A stretch of 63,844 bases of DNA, counting the filler, from Pelomyxa schiedti (taxonomy: Eukaryota > Protista > Evosea): assembly GCA_020536535.1 (NCBI GenBank). It is 13 parts of 13 records of this genome, joined end to end, with 100 filler letters (N's around TTAATTAATTAA, not from the genome) between each part and the next. Parts side by side here need not be neighbours in the genome. Positions count along the whole stretch, not along the records: positions 8,661 to 11,123 come from JAHLWZ010001981.1; positions 11,224 to 18,292 come from JAHLWZ010001379.1; positions 18,393 to 20,953 come from JAHLWZ010001959.1; 10 more parts are not named here. One strand, given 5' to 3'. The notes beneath the pieces are model-generated. The model worked only from the letters and a program-made list of their open reading frames with translations. It had not been told where the DNA came from and did not search any database. Made by a program: the position numbers and the translations under genes. Shown here in pieces: positions 9,766 through 21,053 of this stretch (its first letter is position 1; each line of letters begins with the position of its first letter).

Positions 9766-11223
9766 AAGAAAAAAAAACAAGGAAACAGATGTCAGTGGTG
9801 ACCCACTGGTTGCCATAACTGCAGGGCACACCCAGAGCAAGTTTTGTTTCTGGTTAGTTTTAGTGTAAAGAAAGTGAGTAGGCAGTCAATTACATTCACA
9901 GAATAAAAGCAGGGAAAATGCAAAAGCCACACAATTCAGATACACTTTATCAAACTAGAAAACTGTGCCTATAAACAAGAAAAGTAACACAACACAAAAC
10001 ACAAAAACAAAATGAAACCAGTCAAAGCTAGGTTGTCGTTGGATAGTGAAATTTCAAGCAAACACAAGAGGGAGAAGAGCAAAAGGACTGAGAAGAGAAA
10101 ATGAACCTGTATGTATCTTTGGGGTAAGTACAAAGCTGCACAGAAAAGTGGCAATGCAAAATGCAGTGCAAGGAGTGAAGGAGACCCTGAAAACCACGGT
10201 GGAGAATCAGCAGACCGAGGTGAGGAGGGAAACTGTTATTCGATATTTTCATGACCCAACACCAGCAGAGCTACACAGCATCGGCTCAGTGTTCATGGCA
10301 AGAATTCGACTCTTAGAAATGGCCCAAGGTGTGCCTTCCTCGAAGAAAAACACAAAAAACTTGCCACCAAACTCCAAAACAATCACCACGCACACGCACA
10401 CCAAGGGTGGGAAAACCACAAAGCACAGTGCCTCATTGGTAAAATGACCACCCCCAAATCCACCCCATTAAAACCCCAGTGCATATCTGGATCAAAGGGC
10501 GGCTGTTTTTTGGCCTGTCAAATTCCTGTAAAACCTTTTTTGTGGGTTGCTGTCCTATCAAAACCATGTGCAAAACAGCCACCCCTTGGGGCGGCTGTCT
10601 GAAGTACTTCAGGAAGGGGTGGGCACAAAAGGAAAATGTGTCCCCTTGTGGGCTAGACTGTCAAAACAGCACAGGAGCGTGATTAATCGAAGGGTGTTTG
10701 TTCTGGCTGGAAAGTTACGGTAACAACAGTGTAGTACTTCAGACAGCCGCCCAAAAAACACCCTTCGATTAATCACACTCCTGTACATGACAACCACTGA
10801 CGCATATCCTTCTCCTTTTTTTGTCATTGCTGAACAGTTGTAGTACCAGACTGACCAACCCCAACTTCCCTAACCCACTCTCCAGCTTTTCGCTTTCCAA
10901 CAACCACACTTTACTGTGACGGGTGCACAACAAGGCCCAAATTTCCCTTCTTACTCTTTCACTCTCATGCGTACCCACAATGCCCACTTCTCTCCAAAAT
11001 GGGGATTTAAAATAACGTGGCACGATTTTGTATCCAAGGACTTAAGGGCAGAAAACTTTTTTTTTTTGCCTGAAGTCGATTTTCGACTTCAGGCTTGTAC
11101 ATAGAGGTGTGAGGATGGTGAGANNNNNNNNNNNNNNNNNNNNNNNNNNNNNNNNNNNNNNNNNNNNTTAATTAATTAANNNNNNNNNNNNNNNNNNNNN
11201 NNNNNNNNNNNNNNNNNNNNNNN

Positions 11224-12381
11224 CACTCAGTTTGTGCCTCAAGTTGTTCAACCTTGCCTTTGAGCTCCTTGAGCTCTCTTTCCGAGGTTCTTGCTTTTTC
11301 CTGTTTACAAATGAATGTCGTTTAGCAACACAAGAGGTTAAAAATACACCTCCAACTGAATGTCACCATGTCCGATGCTGCAGGAGAGACCCCTTCCGCC
11401 ACCACATTTCGTTTCTTGGAAATCATTCTCTTTGAAATTCCCAACAAGTGTGATGGCATTGGTTGAAGAAGGCCCACCACACCTGAATGTGGCCATGCCC
11501 TCCCCACAACAGCCATTCATTGTGAATTGTCCAGTGAATTCGTCACCGTTCGGCCACCTCTTTGTTCCTGACTTGATCACACCCATCTCCCAAACACCAG
11601 CGATTGAAGTACCGTCACATGCCCACGTTTTTGTGCCTGCTCCATTCTCCTTCCCACTCACCCAATCACCCTCGTATCTCGTCCCATCGTCCCAAATCCT
11701 GACACCCCTCCCATGGAACACGCCATCTTTCCACCCACCAACATAACTCCCACCACACAATTTTACATCACCAAAGAGCATCCTTCCATAACCGCTCCTC
11801 TTGCCCTGATCAAACTCTCCATGGTAGATGTCACCCGTCTCAGGTGAGTGCCAGGTTCCGCAGCCGTGCCACTTGTCCCTGTACCACTGACCCTCATACA
11901 CGGTTCTTGTTGCACCACCACCCTCGCCGTGATTTGGGATTCCCATGTTACTCACCACTCTCCTCAGCACACCCCAACCCTGCATCTGCTGAACCCGTGC
12001 AGTGTCATTCCACACCCAGTCTCCATCAAATACGTCGACACCGTTGATGCTGTGCAATGCCCCCCTCTTGCGGCGGTCCCCCCTGTACAGTCCCTCAAAC
12101 CAACCACCCTCAGCCCAGTGAAACACACCCCACCCGTCGCGCTCGCCGTTGTGCCACTCGCCCTCGTAGGTATCACCGCCGTCCCACCTCATGAACCCTC
12201 GGCCGTGCGCCGCGCCGTCCTTCCACTCGCCCTCATAGGTATCACCGCCGTCGCACCTCTCGAACCCTCGGCCGTGCGGCACGCCATCCTTCGTCTCACC
12301 ATTGTAGCCCACAACTTCGTTTGTCGATGTTGGTAGTGGTTTGGTTGTGGTAGTTGCTGAGCCGCCAAACCACCCCCACAT
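11224..12381 (-). CDS. MORN-coiled-coil-(kinase) gene, copy C; 5' MORN part only, cut by the scaffold end
   Basis: MWGWFGG start at 12381; multiple YEGEW.....HGxG MORN repeats; after an intron KTSERELKELKGKVEQLEAQT, as in copy B. Confidence 0.85.
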
Positions 12382-12451
12382 GTTTGGAAGTGTGGCGTTT
12401 GTCTTTGATTTCTGAGCTGTGTAACACCAGGGAGGATGATGGAGCAACTTC

Positions 12452-15400
12452 TCATGGGCTGGAAGCAGAACCAGCAGCGAGGTGGTGGACGAAAGGAGAG
12501 AGCGACGACAACCACTGCGTGATGCAGTCAGTCACTTGGTCGTCGGTCACCCCGGTGGTGGTGGTGGTGCATGCGCATGATGATGATGGCCCGTCATGAT
12601 GGGTTCGGGTGATGTCGTGGATGGCCACTGACGTGCAACAACATCGCAGGAGTTGAACAATCACTGTGAACGGAGCCCGGTTCCTCTCTGTTGAATTGGT
12701 GAGAAGCTGATTTGGTGATTGGCAAGACTTACACAGACAGACAGACACACACACACCGAGAATTGAGAGGCATGACTGAACAACAATGAACATGAGGTCC
12801 CCCGCTGTTGCCGGCAATGCTGTTGTTGTTGTTCCACACGGCGATGTCAAGAGCGGCGATTCGGGAGAGTGTGTGAAATAGTTCACGGCAGCAAGACCCG
12901 CATTCCTCCTGCTCAGACATTGTGCAATCGCCGACTCTCCGGCTTCAGGGCACAGCCTCCTCACCTCTTTTGTAGTGTTTGTGTTTGTGTTGATTCAGTG
13001 ACAAATTGAAATTGCCGTTTTCTATAAATTTATTTCATTTGGATAGTGCAATAACTATGAAATTTATTATTATTAATATTAGAAAATAATGAATTAAATA
13101 AAGAGAAACAAGAAAACCAGCAACATCGGGAGGTGAAAGTGTCCGCATTTGTTCACCAAAGAAATTAGCTTGTGAACTAAGGGGGAGCTTGTCAAGTGTG
13201 GAGTCTACAATATCGCCATTGATCATCTCTGCCATGAGCATTCCAAACCCCCACAAATCCCCTGTGGTTGTTGATGTTCTCAGATGTGAGTAATAAAGAA
13301 GGGAGAAGGTGCGCACCCTCGATTGCGTAGTTGTTTGTGAACATCTGTGGTGCCATGTGAACCATGGTTCCGGGAACAATGGTTTGCGGACTGCGGTTCG
13401 GGGTTTGCAGGCTCATTCCACGTGATACTCCTGTTGAATATCAGAAAGAAATATTTTTGCGATTTTTGGAACATGCCGAAGTCACAAATCTTTGGAACTC
13501 CATTCGAGTCAAAAAGAACATTGTTGCTGCTCAAATCTCGGTGCATGATGTTCTGCCTGTTGTGAGTCAGAGTGAGCGACTCATAAGTTGTTGTTGTTGT
13601 TGGCTTTGTTTCGTTGGATTTACATCACACCTGTGGAGGCTGTCCATTCCATTGGCAACACCAAGTGAGATGGAGACCAATTGTTTGAAGTCAAGTCGTT
13701 GTTTCATTGAATCACTCCTCACATGCCTCAGAAGCTGTCTGAGACTGCAACACATGAGCTCAGAAACAATCAACAGTTTCCCAGATGTTGTTGTTGTGCA
13801 CGTTCCAAGGCACTTCACGATGTTTGGATGCCTCAATCCACTCACGATCTGTGTTTTTGTCTTTTTTATCAGGTGAATTTAAATGAAATGGAAAACCTCA
13901 GCTTCCAATCTGAATCTCTCAACGTTGTGTGGTGATGCAATCACCTCAAAGAGTGTTTTCACAGCAACTTCCTTTGATGATGGCATGTGGATGTACTTGT
14001 AAACAGTTCCATAACACCCACTCCCCAGTGTGGAAACATGGCTCAGATCAGACTCCACGATTGCCATCACTGGTTTCATCCTCACCTTCACTTGTGCCAC
14101 TGCTGTGTTGCTTGCTTCCTCCTCTTCCTCTTTTCCTTTTTGTTGTTGGACTGGGATGGCAAAACAGGGGACAACAAACCTGATGATGACAATGCAGTGG
14201 ATTGTGGGAGAAGAGAGAACAACTGAGAAAGTGTCGATGAAGTGTCAGAGAGTGACACCTCTTCCTGTGTATCACTAACAACCGCAAATGTGACCTGTTG
14301 GTTTTCCTCCACTCCAAAGCGCTTCTGAATTTCCATCTTCACAATCTGATGTGTTTTGGCTCAGCAACCTCTTGCTTTGAGTCATTGATTACCTTGTCAA
14401 GAGGGCACCTCGTGCAAAAAGATTCATGAAATGTGATGTTGTGTCTTTCCAGTGTGACTGACAATGCTTTCATCACACACCTGTTGTTTGTGTTTTCTGG
14501 ACAGCTTGTCTGGACCCACATCCCTTTTTGAAGGTGTTGCAACGTGTGTTCAAAATCTGATTGAGATTTGTCCACAGTTGGTACACAGTTGGAAAAAAAA
14601 GGAAAGCACATACACTCCTCTTGATCCATGAACTGCTTTGTTTGCAGCCCCATCACTTGTGGTTTTTGTGGAATCATTACATTAAGTACAAATGTTAACT
14701 TTCAGAGGAAACACATACATTCTGTTTGCTCCTCAAATTTGTTTTGAAGAACCTGCAGTGCCTCCCTTGTTCTTTTTATTTCCAGCAATGTTTCCTCTTT
14801 TTCTTTCGACATATTTTTCAGCTTGTTGTTTAACTCCACTATTTGTATGTCCGTCACTGTACATGAGATTAAATTCAAAAACCAAAAGTGAGTGCACTCT
14901 CATACTGGTTTTTTGTTGTTCAAACTCTTTGCACCGAATTTGAAAGTCTGTCCAGAAAGTGAAATGATGAAGAAGAACAGATAAAACTACACACACTCAG
15001 TTTGTGCCTCAAGTTGTTCAACCTTGCCTTTGAGCTCCTTGAGCTCTCTTTCCGAGGTTCTTGCTTTTTCCTGTTTACAAATGAATGTCGTTTAGCAACA
15101 CAAGAGGTTAAAAACACACCTCCAACTGAATGTCACCATGTCCGATGCTGCAGGAGAGACCCCTTCCGCCACCACATTTCGTTTCTTGGAAATCATTCTC
15201 CTTGAAAGTCCCAACAAGTGTGATGGTATTGGAAGAAGAAGGCCCACCACACCTGAATGTGGCTGTGCCCTCCCCACAACAGCCATTCATTGTGAATTTT
15301 CCAGTGAATTCGTCACCATTTGGCCACCTCTTTGTCCCAGACATAATCACACCCATCTCCCAAACACCAGCGATTGAGGTACCATCACATGCCCACGTTT

Positions 15401-16124
15401 TTGTGCCTGCTCCATTCTCCTTCCCACTCACCCAATCACCCTCGTATCTCGTCCCATCGTCCCAAATCCTGACGCCCCTCCCATGGAACACGCCATCCTT
15501 AAAACATCCAACATAACTCCCTTCAGGGTGCCTTAAAAGCATTCTCCCTGTGCCACTCCTCTTGCCATGGTCAAACTGGCCGTGGTAGATATCACCACGG
15601 TCAGGTGAGTGCCATGTTCCACTCCCATGCCACTCGGACCCCTCCCAACCACCCTCATACACTGTTTCCATAGTTGTAACATTATCTCTTGTCTGCACTC
15701 CCCTTTGCACACCCCAACCCTGCATCTCACTGCAGGTGTTTGTCTCATTCCACACCCATTCCCCATCCAATACACGGTTCTTGCTGTGGTATGCCCCCCT
15801 CTTGCCGCGGCCGCGCCTCCACAGTCCCTCAAACCAATTGCCATTGGCCCAGTGAGACACACCCCACCCGTCGCGCTCGCCGTTGTGCCACTCGCCCTCG
15901 TAGGTGTTACCGTCGGCCCTCGCGAACCCTCGGCCGTGCGGCACGCCATCCTTCGTCTCACCATTGTAGCCCACAACTTCGTTTGTTGACGACGGTGGTG
16001 CCGCTTTTGTTGTGGTACTATCGGTTGTTGTAGTTGGTGGTGTGCCATCCGTCACCTCTCCATTGTTTGCTGTTGACAGTGGTGCTGCTTTGGTTTTTTC
16101 CGAACTGCCAAACCAGCGCCACAT
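12452..16124 (-). CDS. MORN-repeat + coiled-coil + TKL-type protein kinase, copy B (complete, multi-exon)
   Basis: MWRWFGSS (16124), MORN repeats, coiled-coil exons (ELNNKLKNMSKEKEETLLEIK), then a kinase with LGSGCYGTVY, VAVK, RFRLEAE, HPNIV, HRDLSSNNVL, KICDFG, PGTMVHMAPQ and DLWGFG, ending at stop 12452. Exons are linked through short GT-AG introns. Confidence 0.8.
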
Positions 16125-16173
16125 CTTGTTGGCAACAACAAAAATGATGAGTTCTGCGATTCTAGATCTCATC

Positions 16174-18292
16174 TCAGTCAGTGTGATGTGATGAAAGGAG
16201 AAGAGGAGCAGTGGAACTGGCAACAGCAGAAGCAGCAAGGCTGTGTATGAAAGGATAGAGGGAGGACAACCACTGCGTGATGCAGTCAGTCACTTGGTCG
16301 TCAGTCACAACGGTGGTGGTGGTGCATGATGACGATTGCCCGTGGTGGGTTCGGGTGATTTCGCGGATGGCCACTGACGTGCAACAACATCGCAGGAGCT
16401 GAACAATCACTGTGAACGGAGCCCGGTTCCTCTCTGTTGAATTGGGGAGAAGCTGATTTGGTGATTGGCAATACATGCACACACACCGAGAATTGAGAGG
16501 CATGACTGAACAACAGTGAACATGAGGTCCCCCGCTGTTTCCGGCAATGCCGTTGTTGTTGTTCCACACGACGATGTCAAGAGCGGCGATTCGGGAGAGT
16601 GTGTGAAATAGTTCACGGCAGCAAGACCGGCGTTCCTCCTGCTCAGACAGTGTGCAATCGCTGACTCTCCGGCTTCAGGGCACAGCCTCCTCACCTCTTT
16701 TGTTTGTTGTGTTTGTTGATTCAGTGACAAATTGAAATTGCTATTTTCTATAACCTTATTTCATTTGGATGGTAATTTATATACTCTAATTAATAATATT
16801 GTTAAATAAAGAGAAACAAGAAAACCAGCAACGTCGGGAGGTGAAAGGGTCTGCATTTGTTCACCAAAGAAGTTAAGTTGGGAACTAATAGGAAGCTTGT
16901 CAAGGGTGGAATCAACAATATCACCATTGATCATCTCAGCCAGGAGCATTCCGAAGCCCCACAAATCCCCTATTTTTGCTGTCGTTCAGACGGGAGCGAA
17001 GAAAGAAGGAAGAAGGCACCCTCGATTGCATAGTTGTTTGTGAACATCTGTGGGGCCATGTGGACCATGGTTCCGGGAACAATGGTTTGTGGACCACTCT
17101 TCAGGGTTTGCGGGTTCATTCCACGTGATACTCCTGTTGGTTGGCATGTGTCAGTCAGCAAAAGAAAGAAATAATTGTGATTGGTACTGAACACACACCG
17201 AAGTCACAAATCTTTGGAACTCCATTCGAGTCGAACAGAACATTGTTGCTGCTCAAGTCTCGGTGCATGATGTTCTGCCTGTGTGAGTGATAAGTTGTTG
17301 TTTGTTGCATTTACATCACACCTGTGGAGGCTGTCCATTCCATTGGCAACACCAAGTGAGATAGAGACCAATTGTTTGAAGTCAAGTCGTTGCTTCATTG
17401 AATCACTCCTCACATGCCTCAGAAGCTGTCTGAGACTGCAACACATGAGCTCGGAAACAATCAACAGTTTCCCTGATAATGTTGTGCAGATGCCAAGGCA
17501 CTTCACAATGTTGGGGTGCCTCAATCCACTCACGATCTGTGCGTTTGTGTCAGTTTGATCTGGGGTGAATCAAAGGGCAAAGGAAAACCTCAGCTTCCAA
17601 TCTGAATCTTTCATCGTTGTGTGGTGATGTGATGGCCTCAAAAAGGGTTTTCACAGCAACTTCCTTTGATGATGGAGTGTGGATGCACTTGTAAACAGTT
17701 CCATAACACCCGCTCCCCAGTGTGGAAACAAGGCTCAGCTCTGACTCCGCGATTGCCATCACTGGTTTCATTCTCACCTTTACTTGCACCACAGTTGTTC
17801 CTTTTTTTTGTTGGAATGGATGGAAAACAGGAACAATAAACCTGGTGAAGAGGTGGATTGTGGGAGAAGAGAGGACAACGTTGATGAAGTATCAGAGAGT
17901 AGCACCTCTGCCTGTGTATCACCAACCAAAGAGACAACCTGTTGGTTCTCATCCACTCCAAAACGTTTCTCAACTTCAATCTTCACAGCCTATCTTGAAA
18001 GGTTTCTTTTGAAAGAACCAATTGTTGGCTGGACATAAGGGTTACCTTGTCAAGAGGGCACGTGATGCAAAAGGAGTCATGAAACGTCTCCTTGCCTCCC
18101 TCAACGCTTCTTCTTTCTCTTTCAACAATTGTTCCATCTTGTTGTTTAACTCCTTTATTTGAATATTCGTCACTGTTATAAATTAATCATGTTATTATAA
18201 TGTTGAAAACCTCTCATACTGGTTTTTTGTTCTTCAAGCTCACTCTGAACACATTGAAGATCTTCCAAAGTTCTTGTTGCTCGCAACAAGGC
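16174..18292 (-). CDS. MORN-coiled-coil-kinase gene, copy A; 3' coiled-coil/kinase part only
   Basis: Paralogous exons to copy B: LGSGCYGTVYKCIH..VAVK, HPNIVKCLG, HRDLSSNN, DFG, MAPQ, WGFGMLLAEMING. The 5' end is cut by the spacer. Confidence 0.85.
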
Positions 18293-18392
18293 NNNNNNNN
18301 NNNNNNNNNNNNNNNNNNNNNNNNNNNNNNNNNNNNTTAATTAATTAANNNNNNNNNNNNNNNNNNNNNNNNNNNNNNNNNNNNNNNNNNNN

Positions 18393-19426
18393 AGCAGGCA
18401 TCAAATATGAACAGGGAGGCATTGCCACAGAGTGGAACAAGGTGGTCCAGGTATATGTTCTTCACTGTCAGTGCTATTCCTTCTGGGTAGTCCGCAAAGT
18501 CCGGTTGTATCTCCGAATGCCAATCGAAACTGGTTGAGCCGTCCATCCCAACAGGGTCTTTGTTGACCCACTTCTTTTCTCTCCGTTTCCTTGCTTCACC
18601 GTAGTACAGGTCCTTGCCGTGTCCGTTCACAATCACTACATTGACTGAATCAACTGGGATGCTGCTGTCTTCGCACTCTTCCTCCAAGTATTCCCTGACA
18701 ATTGTGGGTTTATGTGATCAGGCAAAAAACAACTTACAAGGCCTCTGATGACGATACTGGCAGAGGAAACACCGAAACCTTGGGTAGTTGGGAAAAGAAG
18801 GTGCGCAGTTCTGTCCCCCAGCTCTCCTTAATTAGGTCCAGCACAAGGATAGTCCACGGAACTAACAAGAAGATTATTACTGTTATTATATTTAAATTAC
18901 TAAATAATAATTCAACCTTGCTTCTCAGTGGGAATGCTCAGTTGTGAAACTTCATCAAAACAGTGGGTAGCGTCCCGCCTGTGCTCCGGCTTGGCCGCCT
19001 TTGCTAGCTTCTTGTTCTCCTGTCGCCGGCTCTTTGCCAGGGCCTTGGCGTCCTCACACAATTGTGCCCACTTGGCTGCGTTGTCACCGCAAACCACAAA
19101 CTCCTCTGCTCCTCCCACTGTCCCTCCAGTGTTCTCTCCCATAACTCCCAGGTGCGCGGGCGCCGGCGCCAGCATTCGGCGCGACGCGAGGTGGTCTAGT
19201 GCCGCCTGCGCGTCGAGCCTCGTCGCTCGGCGCCCACCTGCGCCGCTGAAGCGGGGCGAGTGCAGGCAGCCGGCGAGCACGGGGGCCGACACCACGCGCC
19301 TCGCGCCGACCTCCCAACCACCACGTCACACGCCACGACTACAACCCACCACATCACGTCCGCCCCTGGCCTGATGCCCGTGCCCAAGTCCAAGTCCACA
19401 GAGGAACCAGAGACCGGCTCCGTCAT
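18393..19426 (-). CDS. Putative caspase/metacaspase-like (clan CD) cysteine protease, 3'-truncated
   Basis: Spliced ORF MTEPVSG...|...EKQ|VPWTILVLDLIKESWGTELRTFFSQLPKVSVFPLPVSSSEAL|EYLEEECEDSSIPVDSVNVVIVNGHG...ASLFIFDAC. A hydrophobic strand + GHG (18616-18624) and a hydrophobic strand + DAC (18394-18402) match the His/Cys dyad pattern. Confidence 0.55.
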
Positions 19427-19599
19427 AGGCCTATGACGATACGTTTGTATCGTCAAACAAAGATTTGTTTTCTCGTAGTTTTTTTTGGTTGGGGGGCAAA
19501 AAAGGTTGGCGAGATAGTTGGATTAATACAAGCAGCAGGTGATGGTGTACCAGTGAATGGAACTTGAAAAGGACTTGTTGGGGGGAAGAAACGAGTTTG

Positions 19600-20065
19600 G
19601 TTTTACGAGGAGATATTTTCGTCGGGTTTGTTCGTTTTGTACTCTGGGCATCATGTTACGGTGGAGTCAAAAGTAAGTAATACACAAGGGTAAAAGAGAG
19701 TATTATGGCGAGTATGTGTAGAAAACCAAGGAATTGTAAGTGAATACTGGTGTAGAGTTAGCGACTTGTAATAAAGTGAGCACTAAAACCTGTGTTCATT
19801 GGAATGAAACCTGAATGTTTGTTCTTTTTTTGGCGGGTTTGGTGATGCCGAGATATTCGTCCGGGTGTTTTTTTGTTTCTGCATTATGTCAGTGCGAAAC
19901 GAATGCTGAAACTTAAGTAATACACACAAGGGTGATATAGGAATCAAGGAATAAAGTCGTTCTTGTTGGTGACCGAGTACGTAATACAACTGAATACTAG
20001 CGGTGAGTTAGCGGCTTGGAATATAAGTGGAGCACTAATACCTGAGCACTGGAATGAAATCGTAA
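19600..20065 (+). repeat. Degenerate ~240-bp tandem duplication, apparently non-coding
   Basis: Collinear shared blocks gagatatt..cg, aagtaatacaca(ca)agggt, tgaatact, gagttagcg, gagcactaa.acctg and tggaatgaaa occur twice. Confidence 0.7.
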
Positions 20066-20204
20066 TGAACTACAGGTATATGTATCTCAAGAAATAGTAC
20101 AACTAGAGTAATAATAATAATAGACCAGCCGCTCTCTCCAAACAACCGACAACAACAACGAAAAGACTCAGTCGAGGCTCCTTTTTGCTCCACCCTCGAA
20201 AGGG

Positions 20205-20953
20205 ATGATGACAGCTACCGGTGGAATTACTGGGCGAAACCAGAAGAACGCTCCCTGCACCGTGCAGGCACCACCACAGCAATCTCCCCACCACCACCAC
20301 TCGTCCTCGTCCAAGCCGTCCCTCCACGGCGACAGCCACAGGCAGCACCCGGCACCGACCCGCCCACAGCAGCACCAGCAGGCGCCGACGCAGACGCAGC
20401 CACAGCGCCCTCCCCAGCGGCAGCAGGCACAGGGACAGGCACTGCCACAGCAGCCCAACCACCCCCAGCAGCAGCAACGACAACAGGGGGGCCTGCAGCC
20501 ATTTTCTTTGGATAACCCTCCACCTGTGCCCCGCAAGTGTGTCCTTGTTGTTCCTCCTGGCAAGGCAATCTCGCCACCAGCACATAAGCAGTCGGCGTGT
20601 TCCCCCAAAACACAAGTCAACACACAGGTGCAGTCGGCGGATCGCGACACAACAACGACGTCTGAATCAAATCTGGCCCCCCCCGGACCCTGAGCCGTCT
20701 GCACTTCCAAAGCCGTTGGTGGAACCCCAAGTGAGCACAACGGCGGCGCCAAAGAACGATGATCATTGCCAATCAAGCGCAAGTGCGAGTTCCAACTCTG
20801 GTTCAAAAAGAAGCCACTGCAATTGCAGCAGCGAAAGAAGTGACGATGACGAGAAGGAGATCGTGGATTATGATGAGGCACACTTGGATGCACTGGTTCA
20901 GAGCACACTGTGTCCAAAGGCAAGGAAAACAATGGGGAAGCTGGTTGACTTCA
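20205..20953 (+). CDS. Q/P/H-rich low-complexity hypothetical protein, 3'-truncated
   Basis: ORF 20205-20693 (poly-Q/H), probably spliced into the 20221 frame (...SDDDEKEIVDYDEAHLDALVQSTLCPKARK). Confidence 0.45.
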
Positions 20954-21053
20954 NNNNNNNNNNNNNNNNNNNNNNNNNNNNNNNNNNNNNNNNNNNNTTA
21001 ATTAATTAANNNNNNNNNNNNNNNNNNNNNNNNNNNNNNNNNNNNNNNNNNNN

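Noticed and set aside
10046-10447. 133-aa ORF as a retroelement accessory gene
   Set aside because: No recognisable motif; lies outside the inverted-repeat-bounded gypsy fragment. Cannot be supported.
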